This document shows, piece by piece, positions 9,584-18,986 of a stretch of 64,000 bases of DNA (its first letter is position 1; each line of letters begins with the position of its first letter). The notes beneath the pieces were generated by a model. The model worked only from the letters and a program-made list of their open reading frames with translations. It did not search any database and had not been told where the DNA came from. The stretch is taken from positions 10,259 through 74,258 of the forward strand of contig CAIODK010000042.1 in assembly GCA_903856995.1 (NCBI GenBank), read 5' to 3'. Origin of the DNA: an uncultured Burkholderiales bacterium. Lineage in GTDB: Bacteria > Pseudomonadota > Gammaproteobacteria > Burkholderiales > Burkholderiaceae_C. Position numbers and translations under genes: made by a program.

Positions 9584-10666
9584 TTAAGCTAACTGCCGAC
9601 AAACGGCCTGTGTGACTTCGGTGCAACGGGCTTGCCCACCGAGATCAGCAGGCATCACATCACCCCGCGCCAAAACATCCTCCACCGCTTTCTCCACGCG
9701 ATCAGCGGCAATGTGGAGCGTGGCATCTTCGTGTTTATCAGCCAACCAACGAAGCATCAAAGCGCCCGACAAGATGGTCGCAATGGGGCTGGCCACGTTT
9801 TGTCCAGCGATATCTGGCGCAGACCCGTGCGCACCTTGAAACAAACCGTGATGTAAGCCTAATTCCGCAGAGGCAGCAACACCCAAACCACCCACAGTCG
9901 CGGCTCCTAAGTCAGAAATGATGTCCCCCAACATGTTTTCTGCCACGATGACATCATAAAAATCAGGCTTCTTGAGCATGTGAACCGTGATGGCATCCGC
10001 ATAAGCGTAATCAATTTGGACATCGGCATAGGACTGGGAGACCTCGAGGCACACGGCTCGAAAAAATGCGTAACTTTTTAAGATATTGGCTTTGTCGCAC
10101 ACGGTCACACGGCGCACATGATCTCGCGGTGCACCGCTGCGGCGCCTTGCAAGGTCGAACGCAAACTTGGCGACCCGCTCGACCCCTAAGCGGGTCATGA
10201 CCAAGGCATCGGTCACCACCTCACCCCGAAGATTCACGCCAGCACCACGACTTGCGTACAAACCTTCGGTGTTTTCGCGAACGATGACGTAGTCGATTTG
10301 ACCGGCTGAGAAGTCTGCCAACGGCGACTTAACCCCTTGATACAGACGAATGGGGCGAACGTTGGCGAACAAATCCAATTTGAAACGAAGTTGCAAATGC
10401 AAGTCGTTGCCAACTTCTGTGCCATCGGCATAGGTCACACCGGGTAGGCCAGCCGCCCCATGAAGAATGGCATGCGCGCTTCGGCACGCACTGAAGGTCT
10501 CTTCAGGCAACACGTGGCCGCTACGTTGGTAATGACCTGCGCCCCCCTCAAAGGGTAAAAAATTGAGCACGCCAACACCACAAGCCTCACGCAGAACTTG
10601 CACCGCCGATTGACAGACCTCTGGACCAATGCCGTCGCCATCCAGCGACACGATGTTGTATTTCAT
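9584..10666 (-). CDS. Isocitrate/isopropylmalate/tartrate dehydrogenase family beta-decarboxylating dehydrogenase, substrate unknown
   Basis: GDGIGPEV, VRENTEGLY, DKANIL, GDIISDL, HGSAPDIAG motifs. Confidence 0.85.
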   Translation of the reverse strand: MKYNIVSLDGDGIGPEVCQSAVQVLREACGVGVLNFLPFEGGAGHYQRSGHVLPEETFSACRSAHAILHGAAGLPGVTYADGTEVGNDLHLQLRFKLDLFANVRPIRLYQGVKSPLADFSAGQIDYVIVRENTEGLYASRGAGVNLRGEVVTDALVMTRLGVERVAKFAFDLARRRSGAPRDHVRRVTVCDKANILKSYAFFRAVCLEVSQSYADVQIDYAYADAITVHMLKKPDFYDVIVAENMLGDIISDLGAATVGGLGVAASAELGLHHGLFQGAHGSAPDIAGQNVASPIATILSGALMLRWLADKHEDATLHIAADRVEKAVEDVLARGDVMPADLGGQARCTEVTQAVCRQLA

Positions 10667-10684
10667 AGGCGTTGACTCAACCGA

Positions 10685-12118
10685 TCAGTCGTGTTTGATT
10701 GAAATCGTCTTTAAGACGGTGAAACTATAGAGGGCTTCAAATCCTTTTTCGCGTCCATGCCCACTGGCTTTGACGCCGCCAAAAGGTAGCTCAATGCCAC
10801 CGCCTGCGCCATAGTTGTTGATGAAAACTTGGCCTGATTGCATCTGACGCGCCATGCGCAGCTGACGCCCCCCATCGCGTGTCCAAATGCTGGACACCAA
10901 ACCAAACGCTGTGTCGTTCGCAAGCTGAACCGCATGCGCGTCATCTTCAAAAGGCATGATGACCAACACTGGGCCAAACACCTCTTCTTGCGCCAACCGA
11001 TGCGTGGGAGGCACATCGCGAATCAAGGTGGGGACTTGGTAGAAACCGCCAGCAGGCGCGTCGGCCACCAAGTGCCCCTGAGCCGCAACGGTTAGTCCGT
11101 CGCGTTTGGCTTCATCCAAGTAGGCTTTCACGCGTTGCAGTTGGCTGTCACGGATGAGCGGGCCGCAATCCAAATCCATCTCTGCTGGGCCGACACGTAA
11201 TGCCTCAAAGGCTGCGGTCAATCGAGCAACCACCGCTTCATAAGCGCTGCGCTCGACCAACACACGGCTACCAGCCGAGCATGTTTGTCCTGAGTTGCGC
11301 ACGATGGCGTCCACCACCACCGGCACCATGGCATCGAAGTCGGCATCAGCAAACACGATTTGTGGCGACTTCCCGCCCAACTCCAAGGTGACTGGGGTGT
11401 GGTGTTCAGCCGCAGTTTGAATCACCAGCTTGCCAATGTTTGGCGAGCCTGTGAACGAAATGTGATCCACATCCGGGTGCCGCGACAACGCATCGCCGGC
11501 CTCATGCCCATAACCGGTGACCACGTTGATCGCACCCGCGGGGAAACCGACCTCAGCCGCAAGCTCAGCCACACGCAAAATCGACAAGCACGCGTCTTCC
11601 GCCGGCTTGACCACACATGCGTTGCCTGCTGCCAACGAGGCTCCCACACTTCGGCCAAAAATTTGCATCGGGTAGTTCCACGGCACGATGTGCCCAGTCA
11701 CACCTTGCGGCTCACGAATTGTGAACACGGTGTAACCGTTTTGGTACGGAATAGTTTCACCCATCAGCTTGTCAGCCGCACCGGCATAAAACTCAAAGTA
11801 ACGCGCGATCGAGTTCACATCGGCACGGGCTTGGTTGGTGGGTTTACCGCAATCTTGTGATTCGAGTTGCACCAACTCATCCATGTGCTGGAGCAAGGAC
11901 TCGGACAGCTTTTGCAATAAACGACCTCGCTCCGTGGCCGTCAAACGGCCCCACGCCCCATCAAAAGCTGTGCGCGCCGCGCGCACAGCCAAATCGATAT
12001 CGTCCGAGTTGCCACGTGCCACGTGACCAAACACGGTCCCGTGTGAAGGGTTGATGACGGGTATGTGGCCACCCGATGCAGGGGCCACCCAAAGGTTATC
12101 GATGAAATGCTGTTTCAT
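10685..12118 (-). CDS. NAD-dependent aldehyde dehydrogenase
   Basis: IVPWNYP, FTGS, LELGGKSP, NSGQTCSAG (catalytic Cys), EEVFGP; start placed at MKQHFIDN. Confidence 0.92.
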   Translation of the reverse strand: MKQHFIDNLWVAPASGGHIPVINPSHGTVFGHVARGNSDDIDLAVRAARTAFDGAWGRLTATERGRLLQKLSESLLQHMDELVQLESQDCGKPTNQARADVNSIARYFEFYAGAADKLMGETIPYQNGYTVFTIREPQGVTGHIVPWNYPMQIFGRSVGASLAAGNACVVKPAEDACLSILRVAELAAEVGFPAGAINVVTGYGHEAGDALSRHPDVDHISFTGSPNIGKLVIQTAAEHHTPVTLELGGKSPQIVFADADFDAMVPVVVDAIVRNSGQTCSAGSRVLVERSAYEAVVARLTAAFEALRVGPAEMDLDCGPLIRDSQLQRVKAYLDEAKRDGLTVAAQGHLVADAPAGGFYQVPTLIRDVPPTHRLAQEEVFGPVLVIMPFEDDAHAVQLANDTAFGLVSSIWTRDGGRQLRMARQMQSGQVFINNYGAGGGIELPFGGVKASGHGREKGFEALYSFTVLKTISIKHD

Positions 12119-12150
12119 AAAACTGGAATAAAAATGAAAAAATGAAAAAC

Positions 12151-13107
12151 TCAACGCACCTGAACAACGGCGTTCGGCTGCTTCGCGGCATGCGGCAAAC
12201 CTTGACCATCCATGCGCACAGTATGCGCCTGCCAAGAACGTACACCTTGCCGGTCAAGCACCATGCGCACCGCCCAGCCCATGTTGTTGACCTTGTCTGG
12301 GAAGCCTTCAAATACAAAGTTACCCAAGCTATAAAAAATAGGTCTACCTTTGTATTCTTCGGTGTCTTGCAGTTGATGCGGGTGTCCACCGATCACGGCG
12401 TCAGCGCCTGCATCGATCATCAAACGCGCCAGCTGTCTTTGACGCGTGTTGGCCACCGCAGACTCCCAACCCCAGTGCATCACTGGGATCACCACATCGG
12501 CCTTCCAGACGCTTCGCGCCTCGGCAATATCTCGCACCACTTGCTCGTCTTCGCTCCATGCAATGCCCGGCCGGTCATGGTCCGCTTCAAAGTTTCTCGG
12601 CTGAAATTCATCGTAGCCCAACAGGGCGATGCGTAAGCCTTGACGCTCGAAGATCGAGGGCTTGTGCGCTTCTTTTAAGTTTTTGCCGCCACCGTAATAC
12701 CCCAAGCCAGATTGCTTGAGCAAGCCCAGCATTTGTGAAAAAGCTTTGGGGCCAAAGTCGCCCGAGTGGTTGTTTGCCAAGCCCACGGCATCGAAGTGAC
12801 GGCGAACATATTTCAAGCCCCGCGGGTGAACCCGAAAGGTGTTGGGTTTGTCTGGTTCGGGCGCACCGACCGTGGCCACCACGCACTCCAAATTACCCAC
12901 ACGGATATCGGCGTTCTTGAACAACTGCGCCACGCCTGCAAATGGATCACGACCGCGGCGAATGGCACGATCCGGCCCACCTTCGAGCATGATGTCGCCC
13001 GCAAAAACAATCGACACCGATGGTTCAGAGCTTGGCGCTTGTGCCATCACTGGTATGCCACCAAGAACCAGGCACGACACCAGGCAACATTGCATCCATC
13101 GGTTCAT
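12151..13107 (-). CDS. CapA/PGA_cap family metallophosphoesterase-like protein, exported
   Basis: Signal peptide; FAGDIM, GNLE, LANNHSGDFG, MHWGWE, IGGHPH, YSLGNFVF motifs. Confidence 0.88.
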   Translation of the reverse strand: MNRWMQCCLVSCLVLGGIPVMAQAPSSEPSVSIVFAGDIMLEGGPDRAIRRGRDPFAGVAQLFKNADIRVGNLECVVATVGAPEPDKPNTFRVHPRGLKYVRRHFDAVGLANNHSGDFGPKAFSQMLGLLKQSGLGYYGGGKNLKEAHKPSIFERQGLRIALLGYDEFQPRNFEADHDRPGIAWSEDEQVVRDIAEARSVWKADVVIPVMHWGWESAVANTRQRQLARLMIDAGADAVIGGHPHQLQDTEEYKGRPIFYSLGNFVFEGFPDKVNNMGWAVRMVLDRQGVRSWQAHTVRMDGQGLPHAAKQPNAVVQVR

Positions 13108-13517
13108 GGCGTCACCTCATGCAGCGCGCAACCGTAGGTCAGCTCTTTGCCCAAGAAGGGGGAGTACAAGGCCACGCGCCCCGTCAACGCATCTGGAGCG
13201 GGTGTGCTTTGTGCCGCGGGCGTGATGAATTTCACATGCTGCAGCACCATGGGTTGGCGTTGGGTTTGGTAGGAGACGTAGAGATTGATCAAGTCGACAC
13301 GCCTGTCATCGCCCAACACCACCGCTTTGAACCGAAAGCGCCCGCCCAAGTCCACACTGCCCACGGTGTAGGGGTCTGAGACGGGAACAAATGCCTGCTC
13401 ATAACGTTCGGCATTCACTTCAAAGTAGCAACGCAACACGGGCGAGGCCTGGGCCATCCAGGGCACACCAGCAATCAGCCCCCCAAGGGCGCTCCATACA
13501 ACCCAACGAAACCTCAT
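13104..13517 (-). CDS. Hypothetical exported protein
   Basis: GGAG RBS, signal peptide (AQA-S), two Cys; ATGA overlap with the capA-like gene. Confidence 0.65.
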   Translation of the reverse strand: MRFRWVVWSALGGLIAGVPWMAQASPVLRCYFEVNAERYEQAFVPVSDPYTVGSVDLGGRFRFKAVVLGDDRRVDLINLYVSYQTQRQPMVLQHVKFITPAAQSTPAPDALTGRVALYSPFLGKELTYGCALHEVTP

Positions 13518-13630
13518 ACACAGCTCCAAATCAAGTGGAGATGACAGCGTACTAGATCGCGCGCATCGGTTGCCTTTGGGTTTGCCCGAGTAACTGGCAA
13601 AATCAGCGGCTATTTAGAGAAAGTTTCGCC

Positions 13631-14707
13631 ATGAACGCCCCGCACACGCCGCCACTCGCCGCCATCCCTCGCCTGACCAGTTTGTCGCATGGTGGTGGCT
13701 GCGGCTGCAAGATCGCGCCAGGCGTGTTGAGCGAGATTCTCAAAAGCACCAGTGGCATGCCGATCCCACCCGAGCTATTGGTCGGCATTGAAACCGCAGA
13801 CGACGCCGCGGTCTACCTGCTCAACGACGAGCAAGCCCTGATCGCCACCACCGACTTCTTCATGCCCATCGTGGATGACCCATTTGACTTTGGCCGCATC
13901 GCCGCCACCAACGCCATCAGCGATGTCTATGCCATGGGGGGCACCCCCATCATGGCTTTGGCCTTGGTGGGTATGCCCATCAACGTACTCCCCGCCTCGA
14001 CAATTGCCAAAATTTTGGATGGCGGCCAAAGCGTGTGCCGTGAAGCAGGCATCCCGATTGCGGGCGGCCACACCATTGATTCGGTAGAGCCCATTTACGG
14101 ATTGGTGGTGTTGGGCTTGGTGCACCCCAAACGCATCAAACGCAACGCCGATGCGCGTGTGGGTGACCGTTTGATTTTGGGCAAGCCCTTGGGTGTGGGC
14201 GTGCTCTCAGCGGCCCTCAAGAAGAATGCGCTCAGCCCTGAGGGTTACGCACAAATGATGGCCAACACCACCCAACTCAACACACCGGGGGCCGACCTGT
14301 CAGCGTTGGCTGGTGTGCATGCCATGACCGATGTGACAGGTTTTGGCTTGGCGGGCCATGCCTTAGAAATGGCACGTGGCTCCAAGACAACCGTGCAACT
14401 CGATATGCACAAAGTGCCACTGCTGCTCGGCGTTCGTGCGCTTGCGCAACAAGGCATGCTCACCGGCGCATCCGGCCGAAACTGGGAAGCGTACGGCCAC
14501 GAAATTCGACTCGCACCTTCGCTCGACGCCATCGATCAAGCCTTGCTCAGCGACCCCCAAACCAGTGGTGGCTTGCTAGTGGCGTGTGCCCCAGAGACGG
14601 CGGATGAGGTGCTCGCGGTGTTTCACAAACACGGCTTTTCCGCGGCCACGGACGTGGGTGAAATCACCGCAACCACCTCCGACGGCATCAAACTCAATGT
14701 GCGCTGA
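13631..14707 (+). CDS. selD: Selenide, water dikinase (selenophosphate synthetase)
   Basis: SHGGGCGCKIAP, DDAAVY, TTDFFMP, GGHTID, TDVTGFGLAGH, DPQTSGGLL motifs. Confidence 0.96.
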   Translation: MNAPHTPPLAAIPRLTSLSHGGGCGCKIAPGVLSEILKSTSGMPIPPELLVGIETADDAAVYLLNDEQALIATTDFFMPIVDDPFDFGRIAATNAISDVYAMGGTPIMALALVGMPINVLPASTIAKILDGGQSVCREAGIPIAGGHTIDSVEPIYGLVVLGLVHPKRIKRNADARVGDRLILGKPLGVGVLSAALKKNALSPEGYAQMMANTTQLNTPGADLSALAGVHAMTDVTGFGLAGHALEMARGSKTTVQLDMHKVPLLLGVRALAQQGMLTGASGRNWEAYGHEIRLAPSLDAIDQALLSDPQTSGGLLVACAPETADEVLAVFHKHGFSAATDVGEITATTSDGIKLNVR

Positions 14708-14755
14708 GCCTGATCAACAGCACTACTACAGCTTACTTTTGAAAGAAAACTTGTC

Positions 14756-15097
14756 ATGTCTACGACTCCAGCCTGCCCCCAATGCGCCCAAGAAAACACG
14801 TACCAAGATGGTGACAACTACGTCTGCGCCGACTGCGCCTATGAATGGCCCATGCAAGCGACAACCACGGCTGACGACGACGAAGATGCTGTCGTCAAAG
14901 ACGCCAATGGCAACATTCTCAAAGACGGTGATGCCGTGGTGCTGATCAAAGACCTGAAGGTCAAAGGGTCCTCCACCACCTTGAAAATGGGTACAAAGGT
15001 GAAAAGCATTCGCTTGGTCGGTGGCGACCACGAAGTAGATTGCAAAATGGACGTGGGCAACTACATGCTCAAGGCGTGCTTCTTACGCAAAGCCTAA
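14756..15097 (+). CDS. yjdM: Zinc-ribbon protein YjdM/PhnA family
   Basis: CPQC...CADC zinc ribbon; KDANGNILKDGDAVVLIKDLKVKG. Confidence 0.88.
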   Translation: MSTTPACPQCAQENTYQDGDNYVCADCAYEWPMQATTTADDDEDAVVKDANGNILKDGDAVVLIKDLKVKGSSTTLKMGTKVKSIRLVGGDHEVDCKMDVGNYMLKACFLRKA

Positions 15098-15110
15098 ACA
15101 CGCCTTGTTT

Positions 15111-15500
15111 TTAAAGCACCCGACCTCGGTTTGATTTGATCGCCGAGGTCTTTTTTTTGCTATCTAAGCGGCGTAACTTAGAGGCATAAGTCGGCTTGGT
15201 GGCTTTGCGTTTTTTGGGTGGTTTGGCCACGCTTTTTACCAAATCCAACAACCGCGCAAATGCTTCGATGCGGTTCATGTCTTGGCTGCGATGCTCTTGC
15301 GCTTTGATCACCACCACCCCCTCGTTGGTGATGCGGTGGTCTGACAAGCACAGCAAACGCTCTTTCACGCCCTCAGGGAGTGAGGACGCCATCACATCAA
15401 AACGCAAATGGATGGCGCTAGAGACTTTGTTGACGTTTTGCCCGCCCGCGCCCTGTGCACGAACCGCGGTCACCTCAACTTCGGATTCTTTGATGTCCAT
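15111..15500 (-). CDS. arfB: Alternative ribosome rescue factor B (peptidyl-tRNA hydrolase)
   Basis: GAGGQNVNK motif and basic C-terminal tail. Confidence 0.95.
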   Translation of the reverse strand: MDIKESEVEVTAVRAQGAGGQNVNKVSSAIHLRFDVMASSLPEGVKERLLCLSDHRITNEGVVVIKAQEHRSQDMNRIEAFARLLDLVKSVAKPPKKRKATKPTYASKLRRLDSKKKTSAIKSNRGRVL

Positions 15501-15514
15501 CGAATCAGGTGTGC

Positions 15515-16501
15515 TTATTGTTTTTGAATGCTGGCGCGTTGAATCACATCACCCCAGCGTTTGATTTCTGTCTCTAACCATTCGTGGGCTTGTGGCACGG
15601 TGCTGGGATGTGGTTCCACATTCAAGTCCAATAGTTTTTGACGTACGGCGGGGTTTTGCAAAGCAGCATTCACTTCTTTGTTCAAGCGATCCACGACGGT
15701 TTGTGGCGTCTTGACCGGCACACCCAACCCGTTCCAAGAGGTCGACAGCAATTGTGGCAATCCACTCTCTTTGGCTGTGGGCACTTGAGGTAGCGCCATG
15801 TTGCGCTTTGGGCCCGTCACTGCCAAAGCACGCAAAGCCCCGCCTTTGATCTGCGGCAAGACAGGACTCAGCACCTCCACCGCCACATCAATTTGGTTAC
15901 CGCGCAAGGCGGTCATCACAGCGGGTGTGCCGTTGAAGGGCACCACTTGGGCATCCAAACCAGCGACAGATTTGAACAACTCAGCGGTCAAGTGCTGCGT
16001 GCTACCGATGTTGATGCTGCCAATGTTGAGTTTGCCCGGATTGGCCTTGGCCCATGCCAGTAACTCAGGCAAGGACTGAAAACGTGAATCAGCACTGGTC
16101 ACGATCGCCAAGTCAAACGTGCCCATCAGCGAGACCGGCGTGAAGTCTTTCACAGGATCGAACGGCAGTGCCTTAAACAAACCCGCACTCACCGCATTCG
16201 CGTTGGACATCAACAGCAAGGTATAGCCATCTGGCTCCGACTTTGCCACCATCTCGGCCGCCACGATGCCGCCTGCGCCCGGTCGGTTGTCGATCACGAC
16301 CGATTGCCCCAAGCCCTCAGACATTTTTTGTGCGACGGTACGCGCCGTCAGATCAGCCACACCGCCCGCACCGAATGGCACGACGATGCGCAAGGGCTTA
16401 TAGGGGTATGTCTGGGCATGGGCTGCAACAACTGAAAAAACACACAAACCTGCAGCAGCAAGCTTGACCCAATGCGAGAAACATAAACGACGCATTTGCA
16501 T
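15515..16501 (-). CDS. Bug/TctC substrate-binding protein
   Basis: Signal peptide; VVPFGAGGVADLTAR, DNRPGAGG, DGYTLL motifs. Confidence 0.9.
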   Translation of the reverse strand: MQMRRLCFSHWVKLAAAGLCVFSVVAAHAQTYPYKPLRIVVPFGAGGVADLTARTVAQKMSEGLGQSVVIDNRPGAGGIVAAEMVAKSEPDGYTLLLMSNANAVSAGLFKALPFDPVKDFTPVSLMGTFDLAIVTSADSRFQSLPELLAWAKANPGKLNIGSINIGSTQHLTAELFKSVAGLDAQVVPFNGTPAVMTALRGNQIDVAVEVLSPVLPQIKGGALRALAVTGPKRNMALPQVPTAKESGLPQLLSTSWNGLGVPVKTPQTVVDRLNKEVNAALQNPAVRQKLLDLNVEPHPSTVPQAHEWLETEIKRWGDVIQRASIQKQ

Positions 16502-16523
16502 GGCACATCCCCCCTATCTACAT

Positions 16524-17711
16524 TCAATTGCTAAACGCAGCGATACCTGTGATAGCGCGCCCCAAAATCAAGGCATGAACATCGTGCGTCCCTTCATAGG
16601 TGTTCACCACTTCGAGGTTCACCAAATGACGCGCCACACCGAACTCATCAGAAATACCGTTGCCGCCCATCATGTCACGTGCCATGCGGGCAATATCCAG
16701 CGATTTGCCACAACTGTTGCGCTTGAGGATGGAGGTGAGGTCGACCGACGCGATCCCTTCATCCTTCATGCGGCCTAAACGCAAGCACCCTTGCAGGCCT
16801 AAGCTAATTTCGGTCAACATATCGGCCAATTTCTTTTGAATCAATTGATTCGCTGCGAGTGGTCGCCCAAACTGCGAACGGTCCATCACGTATTGGCGTG
16901 CGCGTTGGTAGCAGTCTTCCGCAGCGCCTAAGGCCCCCCACGCAATGCCGTAACGGGCACTGTTCAAACACGTGAATGGCCCTTTGAGTCCGCGTACGTC
17001 AGGGAAGGCGTTTTCTTCAGGGACAAACACCTCATCCATCACGATCTCACCTGTGATGGAGGCCCGCAATCCGACTTTTCCGTGAATGGCAGGCGCGCTC
17101 AAACCCTTCCAAGATTTCTCCAAGATGAAACCACGAATCGCACCTGCATCATCCTTGGCCCAAACCACAAACACATCCGCAATCGGGCTGTTGGTGATCC
17201 ACATCTTGGAACCTGACAACGAGTAGCCCCCTGCTACTTTCTTGGCTCGGGTGATCATGCTGCCTGGGTCGGAGCCGTGATTAGGCTCGGTCAAACCGAA
17301 GCAACCGATCCACTCACCTGTCGCGAGCTTTGGCAAGTACTTTTGCTTTTGTGCTTCCGTACCAAACTCGTTGATAGGCACCATCACCAAAGAAGATTGC
17401 ACACTCATCATGGAACGGTAGCCCGAGTCGACACGCTCCACTTCGCGAGCCACCAAGCCGTAGCACACATAGTTCAGACCAGAACCACCATAAGCCTCAG
17501 GAATGGTGGGGCCAAGCAAGCCCAACGCACCCATTTCACGGAAGATAGAAACATCTGTTGTCTCATGACGGAACGCCTCCACCACACGCGGTGCCAAACG
17601 CTCTTGGCAATAGGCCGCCGCAGCTTCTTTGACTTGACGCTCGTCGTCCGTCAATTGCAGGTCAAGCATGAAAGGGTCGTCCCAATGAAATTTGGTCGAT
17701 GAAGTGGACAT
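16524..17711 (-). CDS. gcdH: Glutaryl-CoA dehydrogenase
   Basis: [38 protein letters not shown] motifs. Confidence 0.93.
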   Translation of the reverse strand: MSTSSTKFHWDDPFMLDLQLTDDERQVKEAAAAYCQERLAPRVVEAFRHETTDVSIFREMGALGLLGPTIPEAYGGSGLNYVCYGLVAREVERVDSGYRSMMSVQSSLVMVPINEFGTEAQKQKYLPKLATGEWIGCFGLTEPNHGSDPGSMITRAKKVAGGYSLSGSKMWITNSPIADVFVVWAKDDAGAIRGFILEKSWKGLSAPAIHGKVGLRASITGEIVMDEVFVPEENAFPDVRGLKGPFTCLNSARYGIAWGALGAAEDCYQRARQYVMDRSQFGRPLAANQLIQKKLADMLTEISLGLQGCLRLGRMKDEGIASVDLTSILKRNSCGKSLDIARMARDMMGGNGISDEFGVARHLVNLEVVNTYEGTHDVHALILGRAITGIAAFSN

Positions 17712-17744
17712 GTAGGCTCCTAGGAATTAAAAAAATGGGGTGAC

Positions 17745-18908
17745 TTATGAGGCTTGACGCAAGAGTTCACGGCCAATAATAAGTTGTTGAATTTGAGTCG
17801 TGCCTTCGTAGAGTCGCAACAAGCGCACATCGCGATAGAAGCGCTCCACAGGATAGTCGTTGATGTAGCCGGCACCGCCGTGCACCTGCACACCACGGTC
17901 TGCCACGCGTCCCACCATTTCGGTGCAGAACATCTTGGCACATGACACACGCATCGACACATCTGGGTCAGACACATGGGCGGGCTTGCCGTCAAAGCGT
18001 TTTGCCACATCTTGCACCAGCGACCAACCCGCGAATAACTCAGCTTGACTATCGGCCAGCATGGCTTGAATCAATTGAAACTCGCCAATCGCTTTGCCGA
18101 ACTGTTTGCGGTCGCGCGCGTAATTCGTCGACTCTTCGACGATGCGATGGGCCATACCGCAAGCAACTGCCGAGATGTGAAGACGTCCGCGATCAAGCAC
18201 TTTCATGGCTGTCTTGAATCCATGACCGGGCACACCACCAATGATGTTGGCAGCGGGCACACGCACGTTTTCCAAAATTACGTCGCAAGTTTTGGTTCCG
18301 CGTTGCCCCATCTTCTTGTCGGCCTTGCCAAGCTTGATGCCCGGCAAATCAGACGGAACAATGAAAGACGAAACACCGCCTGCGCCCGGACCGCCTGTGC
18401 GCGCCATCAGCGTGAATGCCCCCGCACGAGGGGCGTTGGTGATGTAACGCTTGGTGCCATTGAGCACGTAGTGGTCGCCCTCCAGATCGGCACGCGTTTT
18501 GAGTGAGGCCGCGTCTGATCCTGCGTCAGGCTCTGTCAACGCGAACGACATGATGAGTTCGCCGCTGGCTACTTTAGGCAAGAACTCGGCCTTTTGCGCT
18601 GGCGTGCCATCCATCAAGATGCCTTGTGAACCAATGCCCACATTGGTACCAAACACTGAACGAAAAGCCAATGCCGTCCGGCCAATCTCATAAGCCACTT
18701 GCACCTCTTGACTCATCGACAAACCGATGCCGCCAAACTCTTCTGGAATCGACAAACCAAACAAGCCCATCTCTTTCATGTCTTCCACGATGTCGGCAGG
18801 CACCTCGTCATGCTCTTCAAGGTAGTTCTCTGCGGGCACCAAACGCTCCTGAATGAAGCGTTGCAGCGTAGGAAGCAATATGTCAAAAGATTCGGTATCA
18901 AGGGCCAT
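17745..18908 (-). CDS. Acyl-CoA dehydrogenase, possibly pimeloyl-CoA dehydrogenase by context
   Basis: FALTEPDAGSD, RKQFG, YEGTTQIQ motifs; lies between aliA and gcdH. Confidence 0.85.
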   Translation of the reverse strand: MALDTESFDILLPTLQRFIQERLVPAENYLEEHDEVPADIVEDMKEMGLFGLSIPEEFGGIGLSMSQEVQVAYEIGRTALAFRSVFGTNVGIGSQGILMDGTPAQKAEFLPKVASGELIMSFALTEPDAGSDAASLKTRADLEGDHYVLNGTKRYITNAPRAGAFTLMARTGGPGAGGVSSFIVPSDLPGIKLGKADKKMGQRGTKTCDVILENVRVPAANIIGGVPGHGFKTAMKVLDRGRLHISAVACGMAHRIVEESTNYARDRKQFGKAIGEFQLIQAMLADSQAELFAGWSLVQDVAKRFDGKPAHVSDPDVSMRVSCAKMFCTEMVGRVADRGVQVHGGAGYINDYPVERFYRDVRLLRLYEGTTQIQQLIIGRELLRQAS

Positions 18909-18986
18909 GGTGTGGTTCTCGGTTGCATTTAATTGTGGCCAACAGCGTGCCGGCCATGCGCGAGTTGCGCTTAGTTCGCGACACTC

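Noticed and set aside
12151-13107. Poly-gamma-glutamate capsule locus
   Set aside because: capB/capC are absent; stand-alone CapA-like genes are common.
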